DNA of 64,000 nucleotides from Scyliorhinus canicula (GCF_902713615.1 NC_052146.1:262759350-262823349), one strand, 5' to 3'; counted from the stretch's first letter, positions 12,380 to 26,140 are shown. The notes: a model not told the origin generated them from the sequence alone. Made by a program: numbers and translations.

Positions 12380-12710
12380 CGCCTGAGATTAACTCAACCT
12401 TGTATCCCTCCATACTGACCACCCTGAAAGCAAATCTACAAATTGGCACACGGATCCTAGGGAAACTCTACGCGCTTCTCCAATGTGCCAAGCCGGAGCT
12501 TGGGGGGGGGGGGGGGGGGTGGGAAATCGTCCGCCTCTAAGCCTAACCTCGACGATCCTTTCCCCAGCCAGGGAGAAAACTCTTCCAGAATGCACCAGAG
12601 GAAATCTGAGGCTGCAAGACGTCACCTTAAGACCAGTAATAGGTTTTATCGCTAATCATTTGGAGAAAGCTCTGCCCGCCCCAGATGAGCGATTGAAATT
12701 AATCCGCATT
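12380..12710 (-). promoter_or_regulatory. PRPH2 proximal promoter with clustered CRX/OTX-type homeodomain sites
   Basis: AGATTA 12386-12391, TAAGCC 12538-12543, CTAATCA 12652-12658 and TAATCC 12700-12705 lie in TE-free sequence directly upstream of a photoreceptor gene. Confidence 0.6.
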
Positions 12711-14212
12711 TTTACCGTGTAATTGCTTTGCCCTCAAATTGTCAGCGATTGTACCTTCACCTGGACGTTTCCTTACGCTTGAAACGCCGGGCCCCTCGGG
12801 TGTTTCATGAAAATTATTTCAGATGGGAATGACTTTGTGGATTATTTATTATCGAATGCACTCTCCATGTGTTTCAGGTTTGCTCGTGGGGAATATAATG
12901 AACGCAAAACAAAAAGTGTCAACTTAATAAGCTAAGTAAGCTTAAATGTAGGCCAATGCCCTGGAATGAACACTGAGATCAAATATAAATAGATCTGTGC
13001 CAGTCGAGCTCTTATAAAGCTGTGGTCCGGATAATGTTCTACATGAAAGGTTGTGTTTAGAGAGGGGTTTTATGCAGGGCTAAAGATTCAGCAAGTGTTA
13101 ATTTTTCAATCTTTGTACTTTCCTCAATTTCCGCATCCCTCTCCAATACAGTGATGACAGCATTTGCATTTATATTGCGCTTTTAATTGAGTAAATCTTC
13201 TCAAGGCACAGTGAAATATTATTCCACAGGAGTCAACAGAAGGGGGGGGGGGGGGGGGGAGCACTCAGTATAGTTATCTCTCTATCCCTCAACACAGTCT
13301 ATAGTACATACTATAATGGGCATCGCCCACTATCCCGCTAAAGAATTTCTGTCTCTATCCAAGCCACATTTCCAAAGACCATATATTGGATAGTCAGTTT
13401 AAGAGTTCTTGAAATTATAGGCACCATGACCGTTTGGAGTCCACCCACACCCCCTGCACAGCAACCACCATTCACGCCCCGCAATCTATTAACATACAGA
13501 AGTGTAAAAATAGGTCATGAGAATATTTCGCCATGTATTAAAAATAACATGTTAGAATATGCTACTTAAATGAAACTCCTTTGTGGGACCCCAGATTTCA
13601 TGGGAGTGCTGGCTTGGGTGGTGTAGGCCTTGCATTGATTTGCCCTGACCTTGGGCTGAGTTTTGGCAGTACTGGGTGATATGTGTATTGCTGAGCCATA
13701 TCACTGGAAGTGAAGCCAGATATAACTTTACCTCACATAACAAAGTTATGCGCATATCTCAGCAAGCAGCCTTTTACTATCTTACCCAAGCTGGTGAATC
13801 CCACATAGTGAATTGTCTCCCTGGTGCCATAATAAGGAACACAATGGAATTCATGCAGAAACTCTGGGAGAAAGAGGGACATTAGGCAGAAGTTGTCGTT
13901 TATGCCAGAACCAATGATTAAAAAAAATAAATAGGATTCAGGTCTTGCAAAACAAGTGCCATTAGTTAGGAGATGGATTAAGAAGATATTCCTCAAAACA
14001 GTCAAATAAAATATTACCGGTATTACATACTAGATTTTACCAAATGATCAGATAAGGAAAGTTAAATGCATGGTCACAGATTTGGTGTAGGCATGAAGGG
14101 TTCACATTCCTGGGTATTAGGGCCAGCCTTGTGCTCCAGAACTAGCCATGCCCCCAACTAATTTGTTCCAGTATAGCCACATCTTGGCATCAACCTGACA
14201 ATGTGTGAAATT

Positions 14213-14395
14213 GAAATGAAATGAAAATCGCTTATCGTCACGAGTAGACTTCAATGAAGTTACTGTGAAAAGCCCCTAGTCGCCACATTCCGGCGCCTGT
14301 TCGGGGAGGCTGGTACGGGAATTGAACCGTGCTGCTCGCCTTTCTTGGTCTGCTTTAAAAGCCAGCGATTTAGCCCAGTGTGCAAAACCAGCCCC
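14213..14395 (-). mobile_element. Short (~180 bp) tRNA-derived SINE; copies at 19713-19891 (-), about 24201-24378 (-), 33522-33700 (+) and 63965-64000 (-, partial)
   Basis: Highly similar copies with head GGGGCTGGTTTAGC...GGTTCRATTCCCGTACCAGCC and tail CACAGTAACTTCATTGAAGCCTACTCGTGACAATAAGCGA(TTTCA)n. The 19713 copy has TSD TGGGATAA. Confidence 0.85.
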
Positions 14396-14799
14396 ATGTA
14401 TGCCCTCGTATTGCCTCGGTATGTCCTCAGTTTAGGTCAGTTGGCTGGACAGCTGGTTTGTAATGTATATCAAGGCCAACAATGCGGGTTCAATCCCTTA
14501 CATTTTACACTTGGTGTTAACTGGACCAGGCATTTAGGTATTGTTCTAATTTCTAACTCTCCAGCCACGCTCCCGTTAAGATCTACTGTTGAAGTATACC
14601 ACAAGGGCAATAGACCTTGGTCTTTTACGTTTGTGTCCATGATGTGAGGATAAGATCAGGCTTGGCAGGAAAAGCCACCTCCGCTCGTGGTCAAATAGCC
14701 AGCTTATACTGTGCATTTACCACAGCAGGACATGGGCGGCTTCTAATACAGTATTATTTTTAGACAGTAAGTAGGCTGCAGTGAGCAGGGGAATGTAGT

Positions 14800-16870
14800 A
14801 AGACCATAAGACGTGGGACAGAAGTAGGGCATTTGGTCCATCGGGTCTGCTCCTCCATTCAATGAGATCATCGCTGATCTGATACAATCCTCAACCCCAT
14901 TTTCATGCCTTTTCCCCATAACCCTTGATTCCCTTACTGATTAAACATCTGTCTATCTCAGCTTTGAACATGCTTAATGGCCTGGCCTATACAGCTCTCT
15001 GCCGTAAAGAATTCCACAGATTCACTACCCTCTGAAAAGAAATTCCTCCTACTCCCTGTCTTAAATGAGTGACCCCATACCCTTTGATAATGCTCCCTGG
15101 TCCTAGACCCTCCCACAAGAGGAAACATCATAGAATCCCTGCTCTGCAGAAGGAGGCCATTTGGCCCATCAAATCTACATCGATCCTCTGAAAGAGCACG
15201 CCACTTAGGCCCACTGCCCCACCCTATCCCCATAGCCCCACCTAACATGCACATCTTTGGACTGTGGGAGGAAACCGGAGCACCCGGAGGAAACCCACGC
15301 AGATGTGGGGAGAAAGTACAACCTCCACACAGTCACCCAAGGCCGGAATTGAACCCGGGTCCCTGGCACTGAGGAAGCAGTGCTAAACACTGTGCCACCA
15401 TGCTGCCCACGTGGCATCCTCTCAGCATCTACCCTGTCAAGCCTTCTGCGAATTCTATTTGTCTGATTAAAGTCACCTCTCATCCTTCTAAACTCCAATG
15501 AGTACAGGCCCAACATATTTAATGTCTCCTCGTAAGAAAATCCATCCATACCTGGGATCAACCTAGTGAACCGTCTCCGGACTGGATCCAACACCTGTAT
15601 ATCTTTCCTTAGCTAACGGAACCAAAGTGTTCACAGTATTCCAGGTGTGGTCTAATTCGTGCCCTGTATAGTTTTAGCAGGACAATCCTATGTTCATTTT
15701 CTTAGAAATAAAGGACTGCGTTCCATTTGACTTCCCACTTACCTTCTGAACCTGCATGCTGCTTTTTGTGATTTATGCACAAGATCCTGCCAAATCCCTC
15801 TGTGCTGCAATTTTCTGCAGTCTTTCTCCATTTAAATAATATTCAGCACCTTTATTCTTCGTACCAAAGTGCATAACTTCACATTTTCCTACATAATATT
15901 CCATCTGCCAGGTTTTTGCCCAGCACTCCACTAATCTGTCTATATTCCCCTGTAGACTGTCATTCACTTGCCTTCCCACCTATTTTTGTGTCATCCGCAA
16001 ACTTGGCAATAGTGCATTCACTTCCCTCGGAAAAATAATTGTGGCCTCATCATGGATGGCACTCCACTCATTACAGGTCGCCATCCCAAAAATGCCTCTT
16101 TTATCACAAATCTCAATCTTCTATTAATTAGCCAATCCTCTATCCATGCTAATATACTACCCCCAACACCATGGGCTCTTATCTTAAGTAGCCTTTTATG
16201 TAGCCCCTTTCAAACGCTTGTTGGAGATCCAAGTACACTAGATCTGCTGGTTCTTTCATCTATTCTGCTCGTTACCACCTCAAAGAAGTCTAATAAATTT
16301 GTCAAGCATGATTTCCCCTTCATGAAGCTGTGTTGACTCTGCTTGATTATATTTTGCATTTCTAAATGCTCTGCTAATACATCCTTTATAATGGACTCTA
16401 GTATTTTCACCGTAACAGAAGTTATGTTAACTGGCCTATAGTTACTTGGTTTTTGTCACCCTCCTTTTTTGAATAAAGGTATTACTTTGGCATTTTTCCA
16501 ATCCTCTGGGACTTTTCCAGAATTTAAGGATTCATGGAAGATTACGACCAATGTATCTGCTATCTTTGTAGTTATGTACTTTAATATCCTGGGATGCAAC
16601 CAATCAGGTCCAGGGGTCTTATGGCCTTTAGCCCCATTAGTTTCCCTAGCAATTTTTCCAAGTGATTGTTATTGTATTTATTCCCCCCACCCCACCCTCA
16701 ACTTCTGCCCTTGATTATTTAATGTTTTTGGAATACTATTAGTGTCTTCTACCGAGAAGACTGACACAAAGTATTTGTTTAACTCCTCTGCCATTTCCTG
16801 TTCCCCATTATTGTTTCCCTGGGTCTCATTCTCTAAGAAGCCTTTGTTCACTGTGGCATCTTGCTTTGTT
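14800..16870 (-). mobile_element. CR1 LINE remnant with nested HE1 SINE (about 15128-15409)
   Basis: KILESIIKD, SQHSFMKGKSCLTNLLDFFE, WQMEYYVGKCEVMHFG and RRFTRLIPGM motifs, with frameshifts. Confidence 0.9.
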
Positions 16871-18044
16871 TTTATATATTTATATATAATATATACGAAT
16901 TGCCAATTTGTTCTGGGACCATAGTATTAGAGCAGAAAATTATAGGGTAGAATATCTTCTTTAACATATGTGGACACAGCCTCACTAATGATACTAATGT
17001 AGTAGCAAGGCCACCACTAAAGCTACCTTGAATGTGTTGCCTGGAGCTGTGTGAAAATATCCTGTAGAGATGACCTTTCTTTGTATTTCCCTCGATTCTG
17101 AAAATGAGCAATTGCAAACACTGTTCTATTAAAGCAACATTGTTGCTTCTGAAATCTCTGAAACCATGATTTAACACCAAAATCTTTCAAAACAAAATAT
17201 TGAAAATATTTTTTTAACGAGAAAAGAAACACTTAATCATACTTCTACACCTACTAGTAAATGTTGTTAGCTTGGCTTCATTTGACCCATGTTTGCAGCA
17301 CACACTAAACAATCTTTTGAAAACACTACTTGTTGATTGGCTGTCAATATTCTATTTTCTTTACTTCACTTTGGTGAAGTATCAGTAGTACACTACTGGT
17401 AAACAACCAATGTTGATGTAAGATTCTTCAACATTTGCAAATTTCTCTTTATTGATCCAGTCTCTCTTTGGTTTCCTTTCCTGAGACAGCAAGGTTAAAG
17501 GTTACGATTTTTACAAAAGTGAATGGAACATGAAGTCAACCCGGCCATTTCTCTCCACAGATGTTCCCTACTGTACTGAATGTTTCCAGCAGTTTGTTTA
17601 CTAGATCTGCAGCTTTTTTTTTTCAAAAGTGGGATAACTATATAATTTTGAAGATCCACATATTTTTGGTTCCAAATTTGTACTGAACATTGTGTTCAAC
17701 CAACCGAAGAAAATGGGCAGAATACCTATAAAAGACGTTGGCAGATGCCCAAGACTGAAGGCCGAGAGCTTTGGAACCTCTGCAGCTCCACTGGAAGAGA
17801 TGGGTGCTGATGAGGCAGATTGGGTTCCATAAAGGCACTTCAAAATGGCTCTGTTGGCCCCACTTGGCCTGCAGCCTCCAATGAGCTGGTGGCCCTTGCA
17901 CTTAGTAGGGGCTTGTTTCATTGGCAGGCAATTCCTGGCAATGTTATTACTCCAATTGACTGCCTCCCTCTGTGGAGTGGAAAACCAATTCTGTTACCAG
18001 CCTATCCCTGGGAAATTCCCCTAAAGGTGAGAATGCATTGGGGA

Positions 18045-19540
18045 TGTCAGAGCTCCAGGAGAATCAAGGGGCAGAGGTGAGTGCAGTGACCATTACTAAG
18101 GAGAAGGTTCTGGGGAAACTGAAAGGTCTGAAGGTGGACAAATCACCTGGAACAGATGGGCTACACCCCAGGTTTCTAAAAGAGACAGCTCCGGAGATTG
18201 TAGAGGCATTGATGATGATCTTTCAGGAAACACTGGAGGCAGTAAGGGTCCCAGAGGGCTGGAAAGTGGCTAATGTAACACCACTGTTTAAGAAGGGAGG
18301 GAGGCAGAAGATGGGAAATTATAGGCCGGGTTAGCCTGACTTCGGTCATTGGTAAGATTTTAGAGTCCATTATTAAAGATGAGATCACGGAGTACTTGGA
18401 AGTGCATGATAAAATAGGGCTGAGTCAGCACGGCCTCATAAAGGGAGATCATGTCTGACAAATCCGGTAACAAGGGAGTTAGACAAAGGAGAACCAGTGG
18501 ACGTGATTTACTTAGATTTTCAGAATGCCTTTGACAAGGTACCGTATCGGAGACTGTTGAATAAATTAAGAACCCATGGTGTTAAGGGCAAGATCCTGGC
18601 ATGGATAGAGGATTGGCTGACTGGCAGAAGGCAGAGTGGGGATAATGGGGTCTTTTTCAGGACGGCAGCCAGTGACTCGTGGTGTACCTCAGGGGTTGGT
18701 GCTCGGACCACAACTTTTCACAATGTGCATTAATGATCTGGAGGAAGGAACTGAAGGCACTGTCGCTAAGTTTGCAGATGATACAAAGATCTGTAGAGGG
18801 GCAGGTAGCATTGAGACAGCAGGTGGGCTGCAGAAGGACTTGGACAGGCTAGGAGAGTGGGCAAAGAAGTGGCAGATGGAATACAATGTGGAAAAGTGTG
18901 AGGTTATGCACTTTGGAAGGAGAAATGGAGGCATAGACTATTTTCTGAATGGGAAGATGCTTAGGAAATCAGAAGCACAAAGGGACTTGGAAGTCCTTGT
19001 TCACAATTTTCTTAAGGTTAACGTGCAGGTTCAGTTGGCAGTTGGGAAGGCAAATGTAATGTTAGCATTCATGTCAAGAGGGCTAGAATACAAGACATGG
19101 GGTGTACGGAGGCAATATATGGTTGGTCAGATCCCATTTGGAGTATTGTGAGCAGTTTTGGGCCCCGTATCTAAGGAAGGATGTGCTGGCCTTGGAAAGG
19201 GTCACAAGAATGATCCCTGGAATGAAGAGCTTGTCGTATGAGGAACAGTTGAGGACTCTGGGTCTTTACATGTTGGAATTTAGAAGGATGAAAAACTAGA
19301 AGCAGAGGACACAATCTCAGACTAATGGTACGATCCTTTAAAACAGAGATGAGGAGGAATTTCTTCAGCCAGAGGGTGGTGAATCTGTGGAGGCCAAATC
19401 ACAGAGTGTTTTTAAGACAGAGATAGATAGGCTTTTGACCAATAAAGGGATCAGAGGTTAGGGGGATGGGAAAATATCAGTCATGGTTGCATGGCGGAGC
19501 AGACTCGATGGGCTAAGTGGCCTAATTCTGCTCTTATGGG
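18045..19540 (+). mobile_element. CR1 LINE remnant (RT domain to 3' end)
   Basis: LKVDKSPGTDGLHPR, YLDFQNAFDKVP, GVPQGLVLGP and KFADDTK motifs across frameshifted ORFs. Confidence 0.92.
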
Positions 19541-19624
19541 CACCATCCCGACACAGCTCACGTTGTCACATTTCATAAATCTTACATTTCCATTGTCTTT
19601 TAGTAAAATTCACTTTCTGAATTT

Positions 19625-19970
19625 TAAAAAATAAATTTAATGAGCCCAATTATTTTTTTTCGAACTAAGGGGAAATTCACCTACCCTGCATATCTTTGGG
19701 TTGTTGGGATAATGAAAATGAAAATCGCTTATTGTCACGAGTAGGCTTCAAATGAAGTTACTGTGAAAAGCCCCTAGTCGCCACATTCCGGCACCTGTTC
19801 GGGGAGGCTGTTACGGGAATCGAACCGTGCTGCTGGCTTGCCTTGGTCTTCTTTCAAAGCCAGCGATTAGCCCTGTGAGCTAAACAGCCCCTGGGATAAG
19901 ACCCAGACACGGGGAGAATGTGCAAACTCCTCGGTGCCGTGAGGCAGCAGTGCTAACCACTGTGCCGCCC
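19625..19970 (-). mobile_element. A-tailed V-SINE remnant hosting the short SINE at 19713-19891
   Basis: V-domain halves lie on both sides of the TGGGATAA duplication. Confidence 0.7.
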
Positions 19971-20189
19971 CAACTTTCTGAACGTTACCTGGTGAAGATG
20001 TACTGTGGTTTTATATATATCCAATAACTTTTTACTGCATTACCAACCATTAAAAAGCAATCTGAACAGGAAATACATGGGTGCTCCCTCAAATTCAAGT
20101 CAACTGAATGAAGTGGAAATATATTTTATTTCATTGACTGTCATGATGATTGGTTATTTCTAAACATAAATGATGCACAGGACGACACA

Positions 20190-20660
20190 AAATTGGAACA
20201 GGTGTAGGTCATTCAGTTCACGGGCCTGCTCTGCCATTCAAAAAGACCACGGCCTCTACTCTTTTCTATCTGCCCTCCTTAACCCTTTACTCTCTTGTGA
20301 ATCAAAAGTAAAACTTAGCCACGAATATATTGAATGAGCCAGCTGCTGCCGAGGTAGAGATTTCCAAAGATTAACAACCCTCGAGAGAATAAATCCCTCA
20401 TCTCAATCTTAAGTGATTATTTTGAAACTGTGCCCCCAGTTCTAGGTTCCGCCATAAAGGGAAAAGTTCTTTCAGCATCTGCCCTGCCAAGTTCCCTCAA
20501 AATCTTATGTTTCAATATCATCTTTCTTCTAAGCTTCAATGAGTAAAGGCCTCACCGTCCCTTGTGACAAAAGTCCCTCATCCCATGAATCAGCCGTGTG
20601 AAGTTTTTCTAAATTGTCTCCAACCCAAGTACATTCCTCCTTAAATAAGCAGACCAAAAC
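20190..20660 (-). mobile_element. CR1 LINE 3' fragment
   Basis: Similar to the CR1 3' ends at about 14800-15600 and 53320-53750. Confidence 0.7.
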
Positions 20661-22473
20661 TCTAGGCACTATTTCACATTTTTATTTTTTTCTTCTTCTC
20701 AAATAAGATTTAATTTAATCTTCCTGCAACATCTTTGCGGACAGGTAACATCACTCACGTAAAGTTCAAATTATGAGAAACTCTTTCTGTGGCTCTTCTT
20801 CACACCCCCTGCCCCAGCTTCCAGGAAGCCTAAACAATTCCAGCAAAATAGCTGAGAGATGGCAAGTGTGAAAATCAAGTATGAAGCATTTTTTACTCAT
20901 TGATTATTCCAGACCATCTGAGCACTGCACTTTGGTAGTATGTACGAGTTCAGAATATAGATCTAAACCAAGACAACAAAGTGGAATGAGTTTGAGAGAC
21001 AGTAAACGGAAGCAGTTTCTGCTTAAGAGATTTTAAACTTTGACATGTCAGCTAATACTCTAGACTAATATGTAGATTACTTGAACATAAAAACGGTGTT
21101 ATTTTAACCTTACCCTCGATATAAATCTACTCTTATTTTGTTTCTGGGCCACATAGAACCAACTCATCCGTCTACATCCCATTTGTTACCTTATATCAAA
21201 CCCAGTCAAAGACTGTCAGGCAGATTTTTACCATTTGACTGATAAGGAACTGCATTTTAGAATCAGGTAGTTGTTCTAAAATGGAATGTCAGTAAAGCAG
21301 AAAAGAAAATGAAGGATGAAATTTAGATAGATGGAAAAGGTACTTAAATTATATTTGTTGTAAAGACTTAACTTTTTAGCTTTCATAGTTTAGGGTTATT
21401 GTATTGACGGCACCAAACACAGAGGAGCCTCGTAAGATTAAATGAATATTCCTCTCCTTCCCCCACCACCATTTAGTATAGTAGGTGAAAACTCAAACCT
21501 GATGTAGCCAGACAGCTTCTCTCAAGTTGAAGCTAGAATGCAGTAGAAATGTATTCACATGAATAAAGCAAAGTGAACCAGGTGTGGTGAACACAGGGTC
21601 ACATAGTAGAACTGGTCACCTTGAGTGATATTGAGCCTCATTTTATTAAGTTTGACAAGAGATCAAAAATAAGCAAGAGATTAATTTAATGCAATGCCAC
21701 CAAAGCTCTCAGGTAGGTGATTGGAATGAAGCAGACCAAAGTCAAAGTTTGATGACCTCCAACAGTTTATTTAAAGTACAATGGGTTAGCGTGTTGTAGA
21801 CTGGGCATACAAAACTAGTCACAGCTTGCATGGTGCAAGTCTGTCCAATCTCTGGCCTCTTATTAGGTTATTGGAAGAAACACCTAAGGAGCATCAACAT
21901 GGTGTTGGACTTGCTTTCACTGTTATTCAGACAGAGATAGGCCTCTGTGCTTTGTTTCCACTTGTAAGACACGTACAATGAGGTTCAATTTCAAGCCTTG
22001 TAGATTTGATTCAGCAAGGGATGATTTCACATTTGACAAAAAATCAAAACCAAGCTAGTTAAGGATGGCCAGAAACATAAAATGTCAAAAGATTTTTTTT
22101 TATTTCGTTACTGTTATGTATTCTTAAATTAGTTTAACTTCTTCTTTATGAACTATATTCCAACAGTATGATAACTAACATGTCAATAGAAACTCAAACA
22201 CTTAAGAAAATGTTGACATGGTTACATTGCATGTAACATTGTCATATATAAGATACTTCACAATTGAACATGCAAACTTGTACAAGTTGAGCCTTAACAC
22301 ATACCAAGTACTGTCCTCCAAATAAATAGGACCAAAATGTAATGAGTTGACTTTCTTTCAGTCCGTGAGATTTATTTTACTTTACTCATGTTCAAGTATA
22401 GGAACAACTGCAATTAAGTCACAACATCCTGCAATTACTCAGTAAATATTGACTTCTGGCGCATTTGATAAAT

Positions 22474-23520
22474 TTATGGTGCTAAGATTTCGTCCCAATC
22501 AGTTATTCGAGACTCTTCAGCTAAAATACTCCAGTTAGGGGAATGATCAGATGCGAGCCAATTGAAATCATCAATAATGTTCCAATTGTTTTTCGTTCTG
22601 TCTAAACCTGCCAGCTCAAAATCCTTCTCAATACCTTCATACTTCCAGTTAAACGGAGCAAAGGAAACTCCAGTACAATCTTCTACGATGGCTCTGCTGG
22701 TCACATGCAAATATACATTTGCATCCTTAGTATTATGGGTTCGAAGTTGCTGACAAGCGAAGGCAAAAGTGCAGCCGACGGACTGATCAATGAACACAGA
22801 GGTAGAGACAGGTCCGCACAACACCTTGGTGTTGGTGACATTCTTGACATGGAGTGTATTGGGCGAGCCCAGAAGCTTCACCACGCAGTTGGACAACCTC
22901 GTCAACAACACGTCTCTCCCGGTGATCTCATCCGCCCGCCGGACCAATACCTGAGAGTCGACGTCCGAAAAGCCGCATAGGTTTTCCTCGATCACTATGG
23001 TGTTGTTGGGTTTCTTGTCCGGTGGGGAATCAGCGGGTTTGGTTTCTTTCGGGCCGGCGCCTTCCTTTTTGCGCGATTTGAAAGCGAATTTCTTTTTGGG
23101 CAAACACTCATCCCTCTTCTCCACCACCGCCCCCTGCAGCTTCTGCACAGCGTCCTGGGCCTGGCGCAGCTCGTAGGCAGACAGGAACATCATGCTGTCG
23201 TTCACAAACTTCTGCAGCCGCTGCATCTTCAGCGAGATCTCCTCGAAGCGGGCGTTCAGCGCGGTTTTGTCGCTGCCTTCGCAGCTCTCCAAAAGCGCCT
23301 CGATCTCCGCCTTTTCCTCGGAAAACGCCGCCGTGAAGAAGTTGGACTTTTCTTCCTTCACGCCGGTCACATCCTTGGCCATTTTCCTCTTCTCCACCCC
23401 CTGCTGCCTCTCCTGGTCCCTGCGCTGCAGAATCTCCACCATCTTCTCTTTCCGTCGGTCATATTCCGGGATTTCTTCCGTTAAATTCTCTCTGTTCTCG
23501 CTCTCCCCCACCAGCGCCAT
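22474..23520 (-). CDS. TBCC: Tubulin-specific chaperone C (tubulin folding cofactor C), single coding exon
   Basis: 348-aa uninterrupted ORF with the N-terminal helical domain (LQRRDQERQ...FLSAYELRQAQ...LPKKKFAFK) and C-CAP domain (LCGPVSTSVF...ACQQLRTH...YLHVTSRAIVEDC...FAPFNW...DDFNWLA...SPNWSIL). It retains the catalytic Arg in QQLR. It lies next to PRPH2 as in human. Confidence 0.97.
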   Translation of the reverse strand: MALVGESENRENLTEEIPEYDRRKEKMVEILQRRDQERQQGVEKRKMAKDVTGVKEEKSNFFTAAFSEEKAEIEALLESCEGSDKTALNARFEEISLKMQRLQKFVNDSMMFLSAYELRQAQDAVQKLQGAVVEKRDECLPKKKFAFKSRKKEGAGPKETKPADSPPDKKPNNTIVIEENLCGFSDVDSQVLVRRADEITGRDVLLTRLSNCVVKLLGSPNTLHVKNVTNTKVLCGPVSTSVFIDQSVGCTFAFACQQLRTHNTKDANVYLHVTSRAIVEDCTGVSFAPFNWKYEGIEKDFELAGLDRTKNNWNIIDDFNWLASDHSPNWSILAEESRITDWDEILAP

Positions 23521-23700
23521 CTTGAACCGTTTTCAACCGAACACCAGTCACTCCATTAGTCGCAGCTCAGGCGGGTTACCCTCTTGTATCGCTTATTCTG
23601 AATGGGCGGCGTGTTGGTTCAGAGGGCGATGGGTGCGGCTCTGCAGATGATAGGCTGGAATCTGACCAATCGGGACGTTTTATACGACAAAGGGACAATG
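23515..23700 (-). promoter_or_regulatory. TBCC promoter / 5' region
   Basis: CpG-rich. YY1-type AAGATGGCG overlaps the start codon. GC-box-like GGGCGG near 23604 and CCAAT box GACCAATC (CCAAT at 23666-23670). Confidence 0.6.
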
Positions 23701-23704
23701 CTGG

Positions 23705-25000
23705 ATGGATGAACAGAAATAGAAAATGCTGGAAGTGCTCCGCAGGTTGGCTGCATCTGCTGAGGGAGTAAACGCTTGATGAGCTTCCAACGAAAGATAG
23801 GGAAGATAGAAATGTAATAGGGTTTGAGCTAGTGAAAAGGTTGAGGACGAACAATAGGGGAGGTCGGTGTTAGGGTTACAGGGGAGATTAAATGACAAAA
23901 AAGTTTAATGGTACCAAAGGGAATGGAATGGGGAAGGTGAAGAAAAAAAACAGCAAGGTGCGCTTAGAAGAGGCCTGTTGCTTGCATAATTTGACGTCTG
24001 AATGCAAAGTGAAGGAATAAAGAAAGAAACTCGAAACAAATACAACGTGAAACAAAAAATGGAGGCAGATGTGATGATTGCTCAACTCTAGTGAGCCCTC
24101 ATTGAGGGCCGAGTCAAAAGATGAGGTGCGGTTCCTCAAGCTTGCATTGAGATGCATTGGAGACAAAGGGCAGGAGGATCAGTAGAGGCAAGGTGGAAAA
24201 TTGAAATGAAAATTGCTTATTGTCACGAGTAGGCTTCAATTAAGTTACTGTGAAAAGCCCCTAGTCCACATTCCGGCGCCTGTTCGGGGAGGCTGGTACG
24301 GGAATTGAACCATGCTGCTGGCCTGCCTGGGTCTGCTGTAAAAGCCAGCGATTTAGCCCAGTGTGCTAAACCAACCCCTGCAAACGGCAGGTGATGGAAA
24401 ACTCAGGGTCTATGTTTGCAGACTGAACTGAGGTATTCTGCAAAGTGATCGTGCAGCCAGTATTTGGTCTCGCCAATGTATATGAGACACCGTTGTGAGC
24501 CGTGAATTCAGTATACTAAATTGAAAGTAGTACAAGTAAATTACTGTTTCATTTGGAAGGAGTATTTGGAGCTGTGGATGGTGAGAAAGGAGGTAAAAGG
24601 ACAGGTGTTGCAACTCCAGGAGAGGGTGTTGGAAGTGACTGAGGAGTGAAACAGATTGTCATGGAGGGAAGGGCCCCTTCCAGATGCTGAAAGGGGAAGG
24701 GGGAGGTGTGTGTTTGATGGTGGCTTTGCACTGTGGGTGGCAACAGAGGTTGGTCAGTAGAAGGTTAGAAAAATAAAACGCCTATCATGCTTCTGGGATG
24801 GAGGGGACAGGGTGAGAGCAGAAGTGCATGAAATAGATTGGACACATGGAGGGTCCTATCAACCACTTTGGTGGGGTAGGGATCCCGGATGATGAAAAAA
24901 GACATTTGAAGTGCTAGTTTGGAAGGTTGCATCATCTGAACAGGTGCGATGGATGAGAAAATGGAAGGATGGAATGGAGTTCTCAGAAGAAATGGAGTGT
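23705..25000 (-). mobile_element. Penelope-like element remnant (GIY-YIG endonuclease region)
   Basis: The minus strand at about 24410-24590 reads FTCTTFNLVY*IHGSQRCLIYIGETKYWLHDHFAEYLSSVC, a decayed GIY-YIG motif. The short segments at about 10330-10430, 10790-10850 and 17545-17610 resemble its terminal part. Confidence 0.75.
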
Positions 25001-25009
25001 GACGTAGTG

Positions 25010-26140
25010 TAGGCAAAGCCTTTGACAAGATTCCACATGGGAGACTTATGCAGAAGGCAAATCCAAATGGGATACTGGGTAACTTGATTAAGGTGGATTC
25101 AAAATTGGCTTAGCTGTAGGAGGCAGAGGGTGATGACAGATGTCTGCTTCAGTGACTGGAAGCCAGTGCCCAGTGGCATACCACAGGAATCTGTACTGGG
25201 TCCCTATTGTTTGTAATTTATGCAAATGACAGATGACTATGTGGGGGGTAGGATCAGTGCGTTTGCAGATGACACAAAGATTCGCCAGTCGGTTAACAGT
25301 GAGGTTGAGTGTCTTGGGTTAGAGGAATATAGATGGTCAAATGAGCAGAAAGGTGGCACATGGAATTTAACCCTGAAAAGTGTGAGGTGATACACTTTGA
25401 AAGGAGTGATTTGACAAGGAAGTATTCAATGAATAACCTGACACTGGGAAGTTCCGAGGAACAAAGGGATCTTGGCGTGGATGTCGATAGATCTTTGAAG
25501 TCAGAATGGCAGGTTAATAGGGTGGTGAAAAAGACGTGGGACACTTGCCTTTATCAATTGAGGCATAGATTACAAAAGCAAGGAGGTCATGTTGGAGTTG
25601 TATAGAACTTTGGTTTGGCCACACCTGAAGTACTGCAATTCTGGTTGCTACATTATAGGAAAGATATGATTGCACTGGAGGAGGTGCAGAGATGATTCAC
25701 CAGGATGTTACCGGGATGCACCATTTAAGTTATAAAGAGAGGTTCGATAGGCTTGGATTGTTTTTACTGGAGCAGAGCAGACTGAGGGGTGACCTGATCG
25801 AGGTGTACAAGATTATAGATATGGAGCAGCTGTTCCCCTTAGTTGAAGGGTCAGTTACGAGGGGACAATGTGAGGGGCAGGTTTAGCGGGGGTTTGAGGA
25901 AAAACCTTAATATTCAGAGGTTGGTGACAGTCTGGAATGCACTGCCTGGGAGGGTGGTAGAGCTGAGTTGCCTCACCCTTCAAAAAGTACCTGAATGAGC
26001 ACGTGGCATGTCATAACATTCAAGGCTATGGGCCAAGTATTGGCAAAAGGATTAGGTGGGCAGGACAGGTGTCTTTCATGCGTCGGTGCAGACTCGATGG
26101 GCCAAAGGGCCTCTTCCACACTGTTATTTTGTGATTCTAG
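25010..26140 (+). mobile_element. CR1 LINE remnant
   Basis: KAFDKIPH, FADDTK and MEFNPEKCEVIHF motifs, with a 3' tail. Confidence 0.88.

Noticed and set aside
17026-17097. Minus-strand segment flanked by ttttcAG and AAG|GTAGCT, exon-like
   Set aside because: Weak donor, no recognisable peptide in the frames examined, and no gene context.
23192-23650. 152-aa + strand ORF overlapping TBCC
   Set aside because: Ser/Phe/Leu-rich antisense shadow of the Glu/Lys-rich TBCC frame; no independent support.
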